Notes: a model not told the origin generated them from the sequence alone. 64,000 nt of DNA from Cytophagales bacterium (GCA_031425615.1 JANPJR010000030.1:210492-274491), one strand, 5' to 3'; shown: positions 1 to 10,527, numbered from the stretch's first letter. Translations and numbers: made by a program.

Positions 1-9
1 AAAGCGATT

Positions 10-903
10 ATGAAAAATACTAACAGGCAAATAAGATTAGATATCGCAAATAATACCTTAAAAATTTTAAATGAAGGTGTTTACGAAAATAAAAAAGGCG
101 AAAGAATTAATATTGATGGTAGCCTAAAAATTGCTATTTCAAATTCTTTACTATTTAAAGAAAATGATTTTTTGTATTGGAACAAAAAAAGAGATGAACT
201 ATTTTTAACCAATCAAAAAAACCATACACACTTTGAAGTAACAACCGAAACCAGCATTGAGGCTTGTTTAAAACTCAAAAAAGAAAGTATAAATGATAAA
301 ATACTATGCTTAAATTTTGCCTCTGCGGTTTCAGAAGGAGGCGGATTTTTAAAAGGTGCAGTAGGGCAAGAAGAAAGTTTGGCACGTGTATCAGGTTTAT
401 ACCCTTGTTTAACAAAATTTCACACTGAATTTTATCAAAAAAATAGGTCAGAAAGCCATTATTATACATCTGACATCATATATTCGCCTAATGTGCCTAT
501 TATATCAAACGATAAAGGAGAATTATTGGATAGTTTTTGCGAAATATCATTTTTAACTTCTCCTGCTGTGCATTTAGGGCGTATCCATCGTTATAATTTT
601 TGGAATTTATTAACCTTCAATTCTAAAAATTTATATAATGACCAAAAATACACAACAATAATGCTTCAAAGATTGGAATATATTTTAACGCTTGCTTATT
701 TGCAAAATTATAAAACCTTAGTATTGGGTGCTTGGGGTTGTGGAGTATTTAAAAATAACCCTGAAAAAATTGTAACTTTTTTTGATAAATACCTCAAAAA
801 AGATGGAATCTTTGAAAATAGATTTGAAAAAATTGTATTTGCTATTTTTGACAAAGACCAAAAAACAAAAAATTTTGAAATATTTGATAAGTTTTTTAAT
901 TAA
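10..903 (+). CDS. TIGR02452/DUF2263-family protein: bacterial-type poly(ADP-ribose) glycohydrolase (PARG)-like macrodomain
   Basis: 297-aa ORF carrying the PARG signature GGG-X7-QEE ('SEGGGFLKGAVGQEESL'). The frame is open to the window edge, but the length fits the family (~280-300 aa). Confidence 0.7.
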   Translation: MKNTNRQIRLDIANNTLKILNEGVYENKKGERINIDGSLKIAISNSLLFKENDFLYWNKKRDELFLTNQKNHTHFEVTTETSIEACLKLKKESINDKILCLNFASAVSEGGGFLKGAVGQEESLARVSGLYPCLTKFHTEFYQKNRSESHYYTSDIIYSPNVPIISNDKGELLDSFCEISFLTSPAVHLGRIHRYNFWNLLTFNSKNLYNDQKYTTIMLQRLEYILTLAYLQNYKTLVLGAWGCGVFKNNPEKIVTFFDKYLKKDGIFENRFEKIVFAIFDKDQKTKNFEIFDKFFN

Positions 904-1392
904 CCTCACAACCTATACAAGTTTATCTTTTGCTAAAAATGCACAATCCTATTTCCCTGTAAATAGGCTAATTTTTTAGTGAAAAAATGCTATAAAAATT
1001 AGTTTTTAGAGAAGCACAGGTGGCGGTTCCTTTCTACTTTTTAGTTTTTTACCTAAATAGATACAAATTTGTTATAATGTTATAAATAACCTTATTTTAG
1101 TTTTATATCGTGCAAACCTTTAAGGATTTTAAACCCTTGAAGGTTTGACGCTAAGATTATTTTTTCAAAAAAATACAAATACAAAAATAAACTATAAATT
1201 TAGTTATTTTTAATCGATATAAATTTATTTTAATAACAATAGAACTTAAAAACCCACAACATATAGAAAATTATGCCTTTTGGCATTAGAGGGCTACATA
1301 TGCACAAAAAATGTATTTTTTTGTTTAAAATCCAAAATTTTTTTTGTTATTTTTGCAAAAAAAACAAATAATTTAAAATTCTTTTTAAAAAT

Positions 1393-3609
1393 ATGTCCCT
1401 TCAAACACCTGAAAGCATCTTAAAAACCTATTTTGGTTATGATAATTTTCGCCCACAACAAAGAGATATTATCCAAAATGTATTAAATAATAAAGATACA
1501 ATTGTGCTAATGCCCACAGGAGGCGGAAAATCTGTGTGTTATCAAGTGCCTGCGGTGCTTATGGAGGGCGTTTGTGTGGTGGTTTCGCCTTTGATTGCGT
1601 TGATGAAAGACCAAGTTGAGGCACTCAGGCGTAATAATATTTCAGCAAATTATTGGAATAGTACCCAATCTTCGCAAGAAAGCCAAAAAGTACAAGATGA
1701 AATTTGGGGAAATAAATTAAAACTTTTGTATGTTTCGCCTGAAAAAATCTTGAGCCAAGATTTTCAATCTATGCTCAAACACATTCAAGTAAGTTTTTTT
1801 GCAGTTGATGAAGCACATTGTATTTCTTCATGGGGGCATGATTTTCGCCCTGAATATACAAAATTGGGCGTTTTGAAAACGATTTTTCCTGACAAAACCA
1901 TTATTGCCCTTACCGCTACTGCTGACCAAATCACAAGACAAGATATTGCCCAACAACTTAATTTGCAACAACCCGAAATGTTTTTGGCTTCTTTTGACCG
2001 CCCAAATATTCGGTTGCTTATCAACACAGGTATTGACAGGTTAAAAAAAATTAAGCAATTTTTGGAAAAACGTCCAGGCGAAGCAGGTATTATTTATTGC
2101 AATAGCAAAAAAGGGGCAGAAGGACTCGCAGAAAAATTATACAATTTAGGATATCAAGCAAAAGCCTATCACGCAGGCATGGACACCGCTACACGCAGCA
2201 AAGTGCAGGAGGAATTTCAAAAAGATGACATTCAAATCGTGTGTGCAACGGTTGCCTTTGGTATGGGCATTGACAAACCAAATGTAAGGTTTGTAATCCA
2301 TTACAATATGCCAAGCAACATAGAAAGTTATTACCAAGAAATAGGCAGGGCAGGGCGTGATGGCTTGCCAAGTGATGCGTTGTTGTTTTATTCGTATGCT
2401 GATGTGATTCAATGGTTGGAGATGTTCCGCAACAATAGCCCTGACAACGAAGCACATTATACATTTAAAAGTAAGAAATTGGAAAGAATACAACTTTTTG
2501 CAGAAGCCCAAATATGTAGAAGGCGTATTTTGTTAGGATATTTTCATGAAGAGCTTGCCCAAGATTGTGGTAATTGTGATGTATGTTTGTTGCCTCCACA
2601 AACTTTTGATGGCACATTACTTGCCCAAAAAGCCCTTTCCGCACACATGCGTTTGTTGCATGAAAAAGGCGAAATGGCAGGCTTGCAACTGTTAATTGAA
2701 GTATTGCGTGGCTCACAAAACAAAAATATTTTGGATAAAGGTTTGCACGAAATCAAAACTTATGGTGCGGGCAAAGACATAAGTTTCCAAGATTGGCGTG
2801 AATATTTGTTACAGATGCTTAATATGGGCGTTTTTGAAATTGCATACCAACACAATTACGCCTTTCGTCCAAGTGTGCTTGCCAAAAGTGTACTTGCAAA
2901 CACCGCCAAAATTAACCTCATAAAGCCTGTCCCTAATCAATCCAATACCACAAATAATAATAATAATACAACAAACAACACAAGCAACTTACGCACACAA
3001 AGAGAAACGACCAAAACACAAAAACAAATGGCAGAAGAAGAATTATTTGATGCCTTGAAGATATTTAGAAAAAATATGGCTGATGCACAAGACGTTGCAC
3101 CGCATTTGGTTTTTGATGATGCCACTTTATTGGCTTTGGCACGCATACGCCCTTATAATATGACACAAATGCGTGAGATTTCGGGTGTAAGCGAAGGAAA
3201 GGCACGCAGATATGGCGAAGATTTTGTAAATGAAATCATCAAAAATACAGTTGTGCAATATCAAAAAGGTTACACAAGTATCAGAGGCTCGTCTATGATG
3301 GTTACATATTATTTATACAAAAAAAACTACACAAAATCCAGCGAAATAACTGAAATGCGCAACAAATCGGAAAGCAAAGATTTGAGCGTTGTTACGATTG
3401 AAAGCCATTTGACGCAGTTGTATGAATTGGGTTATGACATCAACCCTGATTATTATGTATCAAAACATGATGTAGAAGTACTTTCACATTTTTTTACCAA
3501 AAACCCTGATATGTTGCTTGGCGATATATATCTTACACTTGGCGAAGAATATGCTTACATTAAAATCAGATTTGCAAAAATGATATTTGATAAAAAAAAT
3601 AAAGTTTAA
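1393..3609 (+). CDS. recQ: ATP-dependent DNA helicase RecQ
   Basis: 738 aa with N-terminal 'YFGYDNFRPQQRDII', Walker A 'MPTGGGKS', DEAH box 'AVDEAHCISSWGHDFRP' and a Zn/RQC region 'CGNCDVC'. HRDC-like region present. Carries an Asn/Thr-rich linker and a ~130-aa C-terminal extension. Confidence 0.92.
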   Translation: MSLQTPESILKTYFGYDNFRPQQRDIIQNVLNNKDTIVLMPTGGGKSVCYQVPAVLMEGVCVVVSPLIALMKDQVEALRRNNISANYWNSTQSSQESQKVQDEIWGNKLKLLYVSPEKILSQDFQSMLKHIQVSFFAVDEAHCISSWGHDFRPEYTKLGVLKTIFPDKTIIALTATADQITRQDIAQQLNLQQPEMFLASFDRPNIRLLINTGIDRLKKIKQFLEKRPGEAGIIYCNSKKGAEGLAEKLYNLGYQAKAYHAGMDTATRSKVQEEFQKDDIQIVCATVAFGMGIDKPNVRFVIHYNMPSNIESYYQEIGRAGRDGLPSDALLFYSYADVIQWLEMFRNNSPDNEAHYTFKSKKLERIQLFAEAQICRRRILLGYFHEELAQDCGNCDVCLLPPQTFDGTLLAQKALSAHMRLLHEKGEMAGLQLLIEVLRGSQNKNILDKGLHEIKTYGAGKDISFQDWREYLLQMLNMGVFEIAYQHNYAFRPSVLAKSVLANTAKINLIKPVPNQSNTTNNNNNTTNNTSNLRTQRETTKTQKQMAEEELFDALKIFRKNMADAQDVAPHLVFDDATLLALARIRPYNMTQMREISGVSEGKARRYGEDFVNEIIKNTVVQYQKGYTSIRGSSMMVTYYLYKKNYTKSSEITEMRNKSESKDLSVVTIESHLTQLYELGYDINPDYYVSKHDVEVLSHFFTKNPDMLLGDIYLTLGEEYAYIKIRFAKMIFDKKNKV

Positions 3610-3828
3610 TCATAAAAATCATGTAAATCCTACTGAAAAAATGCGAAATACTTACTTAATTAAATAATATATGAAATAATACAAAACAAACTTTTTTAAA
3701 TTGGAAAAAAATAGTGTTATTTGTAATCTCAAATTTTATTTGAAATTATACGTAATTATGAAAATTATTGTAGGTTTTTATCATTTTTAACTTTAATTCC
3801 TACAACTTCCCACAAATCGGTCTTAAAA

Positions 3829-6396
3829 ATGTATTATACAAAAAAAAACATGAAAATATCAGAAACTTCATATCGTATGTTGTTTGTGTTTGTGTTTTTA
3901 TTTATTTTTATTGGGGGGAAAAATGAAATTTTTGCACAAAAAACTGCTACTCTTTGGGAAGATAAATTAAAATCAACCCTGAAAAATACAAAAGACCCTG
4001 AACAAAAATTGGTATTGGCGTGTGAAATAGCACAAGAAATGACTGAATATGACAACGAAAAAGCCTTTAAACTGATAGAAAAATACGAAAAAGAAATCAT
4101 CACTCAAAATTATAAAGAAGCACATATTGCATTGTTTTTGGCAAGAGGAGAAATATTACGTTTAAGAGGACGTGGCAGTGAAGCCATCAAACAACAAGAA
4201 AAAGCACTTGAAATTGCTAAAAAATTAAAAAACGATAAATTTATAAATAAAATTAAACGTGATATTGCCAATACACTTAGCAATCTTACACGATACAGCG
4301 ATGCCCAAAAAATATTAGAAAATGCGCATGAATGGTATAAAAAAAATGACCCTTATGGGCGTGATTGTGCAATATTGGTAAATTATTTAGCCATCAATAC
4401 GCTTAGACAAGGCAGATATACACAAGCATTAAGTTATAGCCAAGAAGCAAAAAAAATATTTGAAAATATACCAGACCTCAACAATCAAATCAAAATGTTG
4501 AACAATGTTGCCCTTATCCAAAAAAATATGGGTTTTAAACAAGAAGCATTGGAAAAATATTTGCTCGCCCTCCAACAACAAAGTCAAAGCAGGGAAAATC
4601 ACCGACAAATGGTTACGCTTTTGCTCAATTTGGGCAACCTTTATGTATCCCCTTTGGACACACTTAATTTTGATACCGCAGAAAATTCATACAAAAAAGC
4701 CATTAAAATTGCCATAACTATCAAAGATACCATGCAGATTGTGGCTATGTATGAGGCTTTTGCAAAATTTCATGCGTATAAAAATGATATTACAAAAGTA
4801 ACAAATTATGTAAAAGAAGGATATTTTTTTATCCAACAAACCAAAAACTATTTGGAAGAGGGTTATTACCTTATTCGTACTGCTGATGCTTTCCTAAAAA
4901 TGAGCATGCAAAACGAAGCCTTAAAAAATATAGAAAAAGCCCTTGAATCATTCAAAAAAAATAATGCAGAAGAAGCTATTATACAAGCATTGAGCAAATT
5001 AGCAATGTCTCTCAGCCAACAAAAAAATTTTAAAAACGCCCAAATATATGCCTTAGACGCTTGGGAAAGAGCAAGGAAAAATAATAACCAAATAATGCCA
5101 CAACTTTACTTGAATATTTTAGATAATTATATAGGGCTTGGCGAATTTGAAAAAGGAGAAGAATGGGGTATCATGGCAGAAAAAAAAATGTTGGAAGATA
5201 ACATCATTAATTTTGTGCAACATATTTATTTTTCGCTTTATGAATCAAATGTCAAACGAAAAAATTATGAAAAAGCATTGTATTGGCATGAAAAATATCA
5301 CAAAACATATAAAGCTAACAACCAACAAGATATATTAAAAAATATGCAAGAAATGCAAACCTTGTATAATTTTAAAGGACAAGAAAAAGAAAATGATTTT
5401 TTGAAAAAAATAAATGAACTTAACCAAAAACAATTAAAACAAAATAATATCGTCATATTTTTTATGGCGTTGTTGCTATTTGTTGTCATGATAGTAGGGT
5501 ATTTTTTATATAAAAATGGCAAAAAACTCAAAAAAGCAATGAACGTTATCCAACAAAATAATAATGAAATCACAGAACAAAACAACGAAATACAAACCCA
5601 AAAAGAACATTTAGATGAGGCTATGCAAGATTTAGAAAATCTTAACCAAGCCCTCAATATCCAAAATCAAGAACTCCAAACCCTCAATGATGTAAAAACA
5701 CGCATTTTTTCCATGATTTCACATGATATGCGTAATCCACTTGGCAACCTCAAAGCTGTACTTGAACTCTCGCAAACTGGGGCTTTACCCGAAAATGAAA
5801 AAGCTTTTTTATTTAAAAGGCTTACTATCGATGTAGAACGTGTATATGATTTTTTGAATACATTGTTGTTTTGGGCAAGAAGCCAAATGGAAGGTTTTTT
5901 TCTGCAAATGATACAGATACATGCCCATACAAATATTGAAAAAATACTCCATATCATAGAAAACCAAGCACAACAAAAAAGTATTAGCCTCAAAAATAGG
6001 GCATCTATTGATATTCTACTTACAACAGACAAGGATATTTTGAACGTGATTATTTTGAATTTGCTTACAAATGCCTTAAAATTTACTAAAAAAAATGGCA
6101 TCGTTTCTATTGAAGTAAGCCTAAAAAATGAAAATGTATTATTTACAATCAAAGATACAGGCATTGGTATTCCGTTGGAACATCAACCAAAAATCTTTGG
6201 TGTAAATAAATTTACAACTTATGGCACAAATAAAGAAAAAGGTTCTGGTTTTGGGCTTTCGCTTTGCAAGGATTTTGTGCAGTTGTTGGGCGGAAAAATT
6301 TATTTTGAAAGTGTAGAAAATCAGGGTACTACATTTTTTGTAGAAATTCCCCAATTCCCACAAAATAATTTTGATGAAGTAGGTTTGACCGAATAA
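3829..6396 (+). CDS. TPR-repeat sensor histidine kinase
   Basis: 855 aa. N-terminal hydrophobic segment, TPR-like repeats, internal TM ('IVIFFMALLLFVVMIVGYFLY'), coiled coil, H-box 'SHDMRNPL' and HATPase_c motifs ('LLTNALKFT','DTGIGI','GSGFGLS'). Confidence 0.85.
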   Translation: MYYTKKNMKISETSYRMLFVFVFLFIFIGGKNEIFAQKTATLWEDKLKSTLKNTKDPEQKLVLACEIAQEMTEYDNEKAFKLIEKYEKEIITQNYKEAHIALFLARGEILRLRGRGSEAIKQQEKALEIAKKLKNDKFINKIKRDIANTLSNLTRYSDAQKILENAHEWYKKNDPYGRDCAILVNYLAINTLRQGRYTQALSYSQEAKKIFENIPDLNNQIKMLNNVALIQKNMGFKQEALEKYLLALQQQSQSRENHRQMVTLLLNLGNLYVSPLDTLNFDTAENSYKKAIKIAITIKDTMQIVAMYEAFAKFHAYKNDITKVTNYVKEGYFFIQQTKNYLEEGYYLIRTADAFLKMSMQNEALKNIEKALESFKKNNAEEAIIQALSKLAMSLSQQKNFKNAQIYALDAWERARKNNNQIMPQLYLNILDNYIGLGEFEKGEEWGIMAEKKMLEDNIINFVQHIYFSLYESNVKRKNYEKALYWHEKYHKTYKANNQQDILKNMQEMQTLYNFKGQEKENDFLKKINELNQKQLKQNNIVIFFMALLLFVVMIVGYFLYKNGKKLKKAMNVIQQNNNEITEQNNEIQTQKEHLDEAMQDLENLNQALNIQNQELQTLNDVKTRIFSMISHDMRNPLGNLKAVLELSQTGALPENEKAFLFKRLTIDVERVYDFLNTLLFWARSQMEGFFLQMIQIHAHTNIEKILHIIENQAQQKSISLKNRASIDILLTTDKDILNVIILNLLTNALKFTKKNGIVSIEVSLKNENVLFTIKDTGIGIPLEHQPKIFGVNKFTTYGTNKEKGSGFGLSLCKDFVQLLGGKIYFESVENQGTTFFVEIPQFPQNNFDEVGLTE

Positions 6397-6620
6397 TTGT
6401 TTTATTTCACTACCACACACAAAATAGTATAAATTTCCAAGACTAACTTAAAAATTTCTTACTGCTATACAAATTTTGAAAAACACATTCAAAACGCAGG
6501 AAAAAGGTTTTTTAAATAATTTTTACTAAAAAATAATACATTTATTTGAAAAATTAACACAAATATTGTGTTTAACATTACTATCAGTTTGTAATTTTTC
6601 AAAAAATCAGGGTCAGACCT

Positions 6621-6703
6621 TCGTAAACTACGGTACAGACTCAATTTTTTGGAAAATGGTATTAAAATATTGTGTTTAAACCGCCCCAAAGCACTTTTTT
6701 TAA
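6621..6703. repeat. dispersed ~83-nt intergenic element, copy 1 (candidate sRNA/MITE-like)
   Basis: 'tcgtaaactacggtacagactcaattttttggaaaatggtattaaaatattgtgtttaaaccgccccaaagcacttttttt', ~75% identical to 37241-37321. Confidence 0.7.
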
Positions 6704-6746
6704 ATTCTAAAAAGATGTATAGTAGTAAGAAAAAATTAACCTTTTT

Positions 6747-7619
6747 TTAATCTAAAAACCTTTTTGTAATAGGTTGATACGTTTCTATGCGTCTATCACG
6801 TAAAAAAGGCCACACAGTACGATAATGCTCTATTTGATGGAGATCAAGTGTTTCAATATGGTGTAATTCTTCGGTGTGTGAGGCTTGAAAAACCACCGTT
6901 CCCATAGGATTGGCAACAAAAGAACCACCCCAAAAGTTTGTAATATCTTCCTTCCCTACACGATTGACTGACACCACATACACACCATTTGCTATCGCAT
7001 GACTGCGTTGCATGGTTTGCCAAGCGTTGTACTGCTCTTGATTTACGGTTTCGGGTGTGTCAAGTTCCCAACCTATCGCAGTAGGATAAAATAAAATTTC
7101 TGCTCCCATGAGTGCAGTAATGCGTGCAGGCTCAGGATACCACTGGTCCCAACAAATCAATACGCCAATTTTTGCAAATTTTGTTTGGAAAACTTTATAA
7201 CCGCCATCACCTTCAGTAAAATAAAATTTTTCATAAAAACCTGGGTCGTCTGGAATATGGTGTTTGCGATATTTACCCAAATATTCACCATCAGCATCTA
7301 TTACAATAGTAGTATTGTGATAAAGTCCTGCAGTGCGTTTTTCAAATAAAGACGCAATAATCACAATTTCCAATTCTTTGGCGATACGCTGAAAAACCTG
7401 CGTACTTTCGCCTGCTGGAATTGCTTCACCAAGCGCAAAATTTGCGTGGTCTTCCACATTACAAAAATAAAGGCTTCTAAATAATTCTTGTAAACATACG
7501 ATTTGTACGCCTTCTTTGGCAAGTGCGTAAATACGCTCAATCGTTTTTGCGAGATTTTGGTTGGTGTCTGCTGTGCAAGCAAGCTGAATAATGCCTATTG
7601 ATACGTTTTTTGGTTTCAT
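6747..7619 (-). CDS. aguB: N-carbamoylputrescine amidase (CN-hydrolase family)
   Basis: 290 aa with a carbon-nitrogen hydrolase fold and the catalytic Cys context 'GVLICWDQWYPE'. Confidence 0.78.
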   Translation of the reverse strand: MKPKNVSIGIIQLACTADTNQNLAKTIERIYALAKEGVQIVCLQELFRSLYFCNVEDHANFALGEAIPAGESTQVFQRIAKELEIVIIASLFEKRTAGLYHNTTIVIDADGEYLGKYRKHHIPDDPGFYEKFYFTEGDGGYKVFQTKFAKIGVLICWDQWYPEPARITALMGAEILFYPTAIGWELDTPETVNQEQYNAWQTMQRSHAIANGVYVVSVNRVGKEDITNFWGGSFVANPMGTVVFQASHTEELHHIETLDLHQIEHYRTVWPFLRDRRIETYQPITKRFLD

Positions 7620-7629
7620 TTTTCAGAGA

Positions 7630-7676
7630 ATTATGGATTATAGATTATGGATTATGAATTGTAGATTAGGATTATT
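7630..7676. repeat. heptamer-periodic tandem repeat (GGATTAT type) abutting aguB start
   Basis: 'ttatggattatagattatggattatgaattgtagattaggattat'. Confidence 0.8.
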
Positions 7677-7843
7677 TTTTATTTATAAAATGCAAAATAA
7701 AACAATTTTATTAAAACCAACAACTAAAAAGAGTTCCCTAACCCCCAAAGAGAATAAATAGCTTTTAACTAAAAAAACCAATAGCTGAAAAACTCACAAC
7801 TTTAAAAAACTGGGAAAACTTACAACTGAAAAAACTTACAACT

Positions 7844-8914
7844 TTACAATTTTACCTCAATTTGTTCTTTTTCAAATAAGTCTTTTAAAATTTTTTGGAG
7901 ATTTTTTGCATCAATATTTTGATTTTGCATCAATACCCCAAAAGGCATCCTTGCCAACATAGAATTTTCAATCCCTAACATATCTGCAAGTTTATCACCC
8001 AAAAGATACCGCACAAGGCTTGGTACCATAATAGGAGGAATTTGTTTACTTTGTGAGGATAATGTTTCCAACAATATTTTTGTAAGTTTGAGTGTGTGCG
8101 GTGCTGGGTGAAATTGTCTTGTTGCTATGCTATTATCAAGCCAATAAGCAGATTTTGCAGTAAGCGGTAAAAGGTCATTTCCCAAACCCAAACAATGCCC
8201 AATATAAGCCCAAAGGTGCAAAAAATTTTCTGTTTGTGTATTATCAATGTCATAACCCAATGCGCGTAAACCACGCACACAAATCCACGAAAACGCAAGG
8301 TTTGTACCTGCCATATCTTCCTGATTGATAGGAATGCCCCAATCCATATTCCACTCAGGCAAATGTATAAGTCTTGCTCGTACAATAGCATGCATAAACC
8401 GCACTTTTAGAATACTCACAAGCCCTTTATTTTCAGGCAAAAACGCATCTTTTTGGGTAACATCTATTACAAATTGGGCAGTTTCAAGCAATCTTTTTTG
8501 GGTATCATTGCCCAATCTTTCCGAAAAATCTAAAACCCTTGCCCCATCTGCCCCTGCATAACAATAAGGCAAAGACAAATAACCCAGCATAGAAAGCAAT
8601 GCAGGCATATATTGGGCAAAAAATGCCTGTCCTTGTTGGATTTTCTTTTGGTCAAATTGTGGGGGAAATGTGATAAATTCACTAAAAAAATTTAAAAAAT
8701 AAGTACACATTTCCGCAGGAAAATCATTAAAAAAATCGTGTTTTTTAGTAATACCTAAAATACCTTCATTACAACGCAATTCATTGAGCAAAGCCCTAAA
8801 TTCCGCCATTTTATTTTTTTCAAAAACAACCTTTATAATTTCATCAACCAGAAAATCACCTTTTTGACGCATTTCAGGCAATATTTTGGGGTAATTGGGG
8901 AAAGTATTTTGCAT
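7844..8914 (-). CDS. DUF2236 / MpaB-RoxA-like oxygenase family protein (tentative)
   Basis: 356 aa with an 'RxxHxxVR'-type motif ('KVRFMHAIVRARL') reminiscent of DUF2236. Confidence 0.4.
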   Translation of the reverse strand: MQNTFPNYPKILPEMRQKGDFLVDEIIKVVFEKNKMAEFRALLNELRCNEGILGITKKHDFFNDFPAEMCTYFLNFFSEFITFPPQFDQKKIQQGQAFFAQYMPALLSMLGYLSLPYCYAGADGARVLDFSERLGNDTQKRLLETAQFVIDVTQKDAFLPENKGLVSILKVRFMHAIVRARLIHLPEWNMDWGIPINQEDMAGTNLAFSWICVRGLRALGYDIDNTQTENFLHLWAYIGHCLGLGNDLLPLTAKSAYWLDNSIATRQFHPAPHTLKLTKILLETLSSQSKQIPPIMVPSLVRYLLGDKLADMLGIENSMLARMPFGVLMQNQNIDAKNLQKILKDLFEKEQIEVKL

Positions 8915-8947
8915 GGATTGGTTATGATTTATATAGTTTAAAGTTTT

Positions 8948-9139
8948 TTACTGCGTGTTATTATCTTCATCAATAAGCCCCTTACTTATTGCATTTCGGA
9001 TAAATTGTTTTTCATAATGTCTATTTCGTCTATTTTTTTTTGCATCAACTCTTTTAGCATTACGTTTATCTATCACTAATTCATTCAACCTATTGAGGTC
9101 TTCTATTTTTGTGATGTCATTTGGAGAACTTCGTTTCAT
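8948..9139 (-). CDS. small basic hypothetical protein (63 aa)
   Basis: Trimmed from the 121-aa ORF to the internal Met ('MKRSSPNDITKIEDLNRLNELVIDKRNAKR...'). Lys/Arg-rich with no recognisable family. Confidence 0.3.
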   Translation of the reverse strand: MKRSSPNDITKIEDLNRLNELVIDKRNAKRVDAKKNRRNRHYEKQFIRNAISKGLIDEDNNTQ

Positions 9140-9298
9140 GGTTTTGTATATTTTTTGAATAACAAAGTGTATTAGAATAAGTTTTACAATATAAAAAAAA
9201 TAGTGTTTTATAGAAAAAAATCCAAAAAAACTGAAAAATTGCGGTTTTGGTGTTATTTTTTTACTTTTGCACAAACATAAATTTTTTAATCCCCAAAA

Positions 9299-9916
9299 AT
9301 GGAAACTACACACACAAATATTGCCTTACCTGTCATGGAAGCCTTTTACACATTACAAGGTGAAGGATTTTTTCAGGGAAGTGCTGCGTATTTTATACGT
9401 TTGGGCGGTTGTGATGTGGGTTGCGTGTGGTGTGATGTGAAGGAATCTTGGGACGTGAATGCACACCCAAAGATCTCAATAGAAAATATCGTAGCACAAG
9501 CCCAGATGCACAAAGCACGCCTTGCAGTTATTACAGGCGGTGAGCCACTAATGCACAATCTTGATACATTGTGTGAGGAATTGCATAAGGCAAATTTTCA
9601 TATCAATATAGAAACTTCTGGCACTTATCCGATGTCGGGCAATATTGATTGGATTTGTTTTTCCCCAAAAAAATTTAAAAAACCTTTACCCGAATTTTAC
9701 GACATTTCTCACGAACTAAAAGTAATCATTTACCACAAAAGCGATTTGGCTTGGGCAGAAACTTTTGCAAAAAAAATAAACCCAAACTGTAAATTGTATT
9801 TGCAACCTGAATGGGATAAATCCAAAGAAATGTTGCCTTTGATAGTTGATTATGTAAAAGAAAATCCACATTGGCGTATCAGTTTACAAACGCATAAATA
9901 TTTGGATATTCCGTAA
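9299..9916 (+). CDS. queE: 7-carboxy-7-deazaguanine synthase (radical SAM)
   Basis: 205 aa with QueE-type cluster motif 'CDVGCVWCD' and family-typical length. Confidence 0.85.
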   Translation: METTHTNIALPVMEAFYTLQGEGFFQGSAAYFIRLGGCDVGCVWCDVKESWDVNAHPKISIENIVAQAQMHKARLAVITGGEPLMHNLDTLCEELHKANFHINIETSGTYPMSGNIDWICFSPKKFKKPLPEFYDISHELKVIIYHKSDLAWAETFAKKINPNCKLYLQPEWDKSKEMLPLIVDYVKENPHWRISLQTHKYLDIP

Positions 9917-9970
9917 TTTAAGTTGTCAGTTTTTTAGTAATCAGTTTTTTCAGTTGTTAGTTTTATAAAA

Positions 9971-10474
9971 ATGAATAAAAATGAAGTTTTAATGTCTTTT
10001 TTGCCTCAATTATTAAAAGATAATTTTAATAAAGATGATTTTACATTTGAAATTGTGCCAAATAGTTCTCCTATTTGTATAGAAATCAAAGGCAAGTTTT
10101 TGGTGGGAATTTGTGAATTTTTATATGAAAATGCACAATGTTATTTTGATACATTGGCTTGTTTGACTGCATTGGACAATGGTAAAACCGCCAATATAAT
10201 GGAAGTATGGTATCATTTGTTTTCGCTTCCGCACCAACATAGTTTGGCGTTGCGTGTGATATTACCCAGAGAAAACCCTAAAATAGAAACTGTAAGCCAT
10301 ATTTGGCAAACTGCAAATTGGCACGAAAGAGAGGCTTTTGATTTGTTGGGTGTTATTTTTGAAAATCACCCTGATTTGAGAAGAATTTTGCTTACTGCTG
10401 ATTGGGAAGGCAATCCTTTGAGAAAAGATTATGAACAACAAGAAAAATATCATGGAATTACAGTGAAGTATTAG
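9971..10474 (+). CDS. NADH-quinone oxidoreductase subunit C (30-kDa subunit)-like protein, orphan
   Basis: 167 aa with the Complex1_30kDa core motif 'TANWHEREAFDLLGVIFENHPDLRRILL'. No other nuo genes are adjacent. Confidence 0.6.
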   Translation: MNKNEVLMSFLPQLLKDNFNKDDFTFEIVPNSSPICIEIKGKFLVGICEFLYENAQCYFDTLACLTALDNGKTANIMEVWYHLFSLPHQHSLALRVILPRENPKIETVSHIWQTANWHEREAFDLLGVIFENHPDLRRILLTADWEGNPLRKDYEQQEKYHGITVKY

Positions 10475-10527
10475 AAAAGTTCAAAAGGTTCAAAGTTTAA
10501 GGTTCAAAAGGTTCAAGGTTTAATTAA
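10475..10527. repeat. GTTCAAAGG-family short tandem repeat
   Basis: 'aaaagttcaaaaggttcaaagtttaaggttcaaaaggttcaaggtttaa' directly after the NuoC-like stop. Confidence 0.7.

Noticed and set aside
1785-3146. Several 60-120-aa ORFs antisense within recQ
   Set aside because: They overlap a confidently assigned helicase gene. Cys/His-rich nonsense composition, no family signal.
5298-6420. Antisense ORFs (119, 165 and 93 aa) inside the histidine kinase gene
   Set aside because: Overlapped by a well-supported HK with H-box and ATPase motifs, and hydrophobic low-complexity translations.
9140-9298. Possible preQ1 riboswitch upstream of queE, and FMN riboswitch upstream of ribE (11617-11830)
   Set aside because: Neither leader contains the conserved GC-rich cores of those riboswitch classes. 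Both are plain AT-rich spacers.
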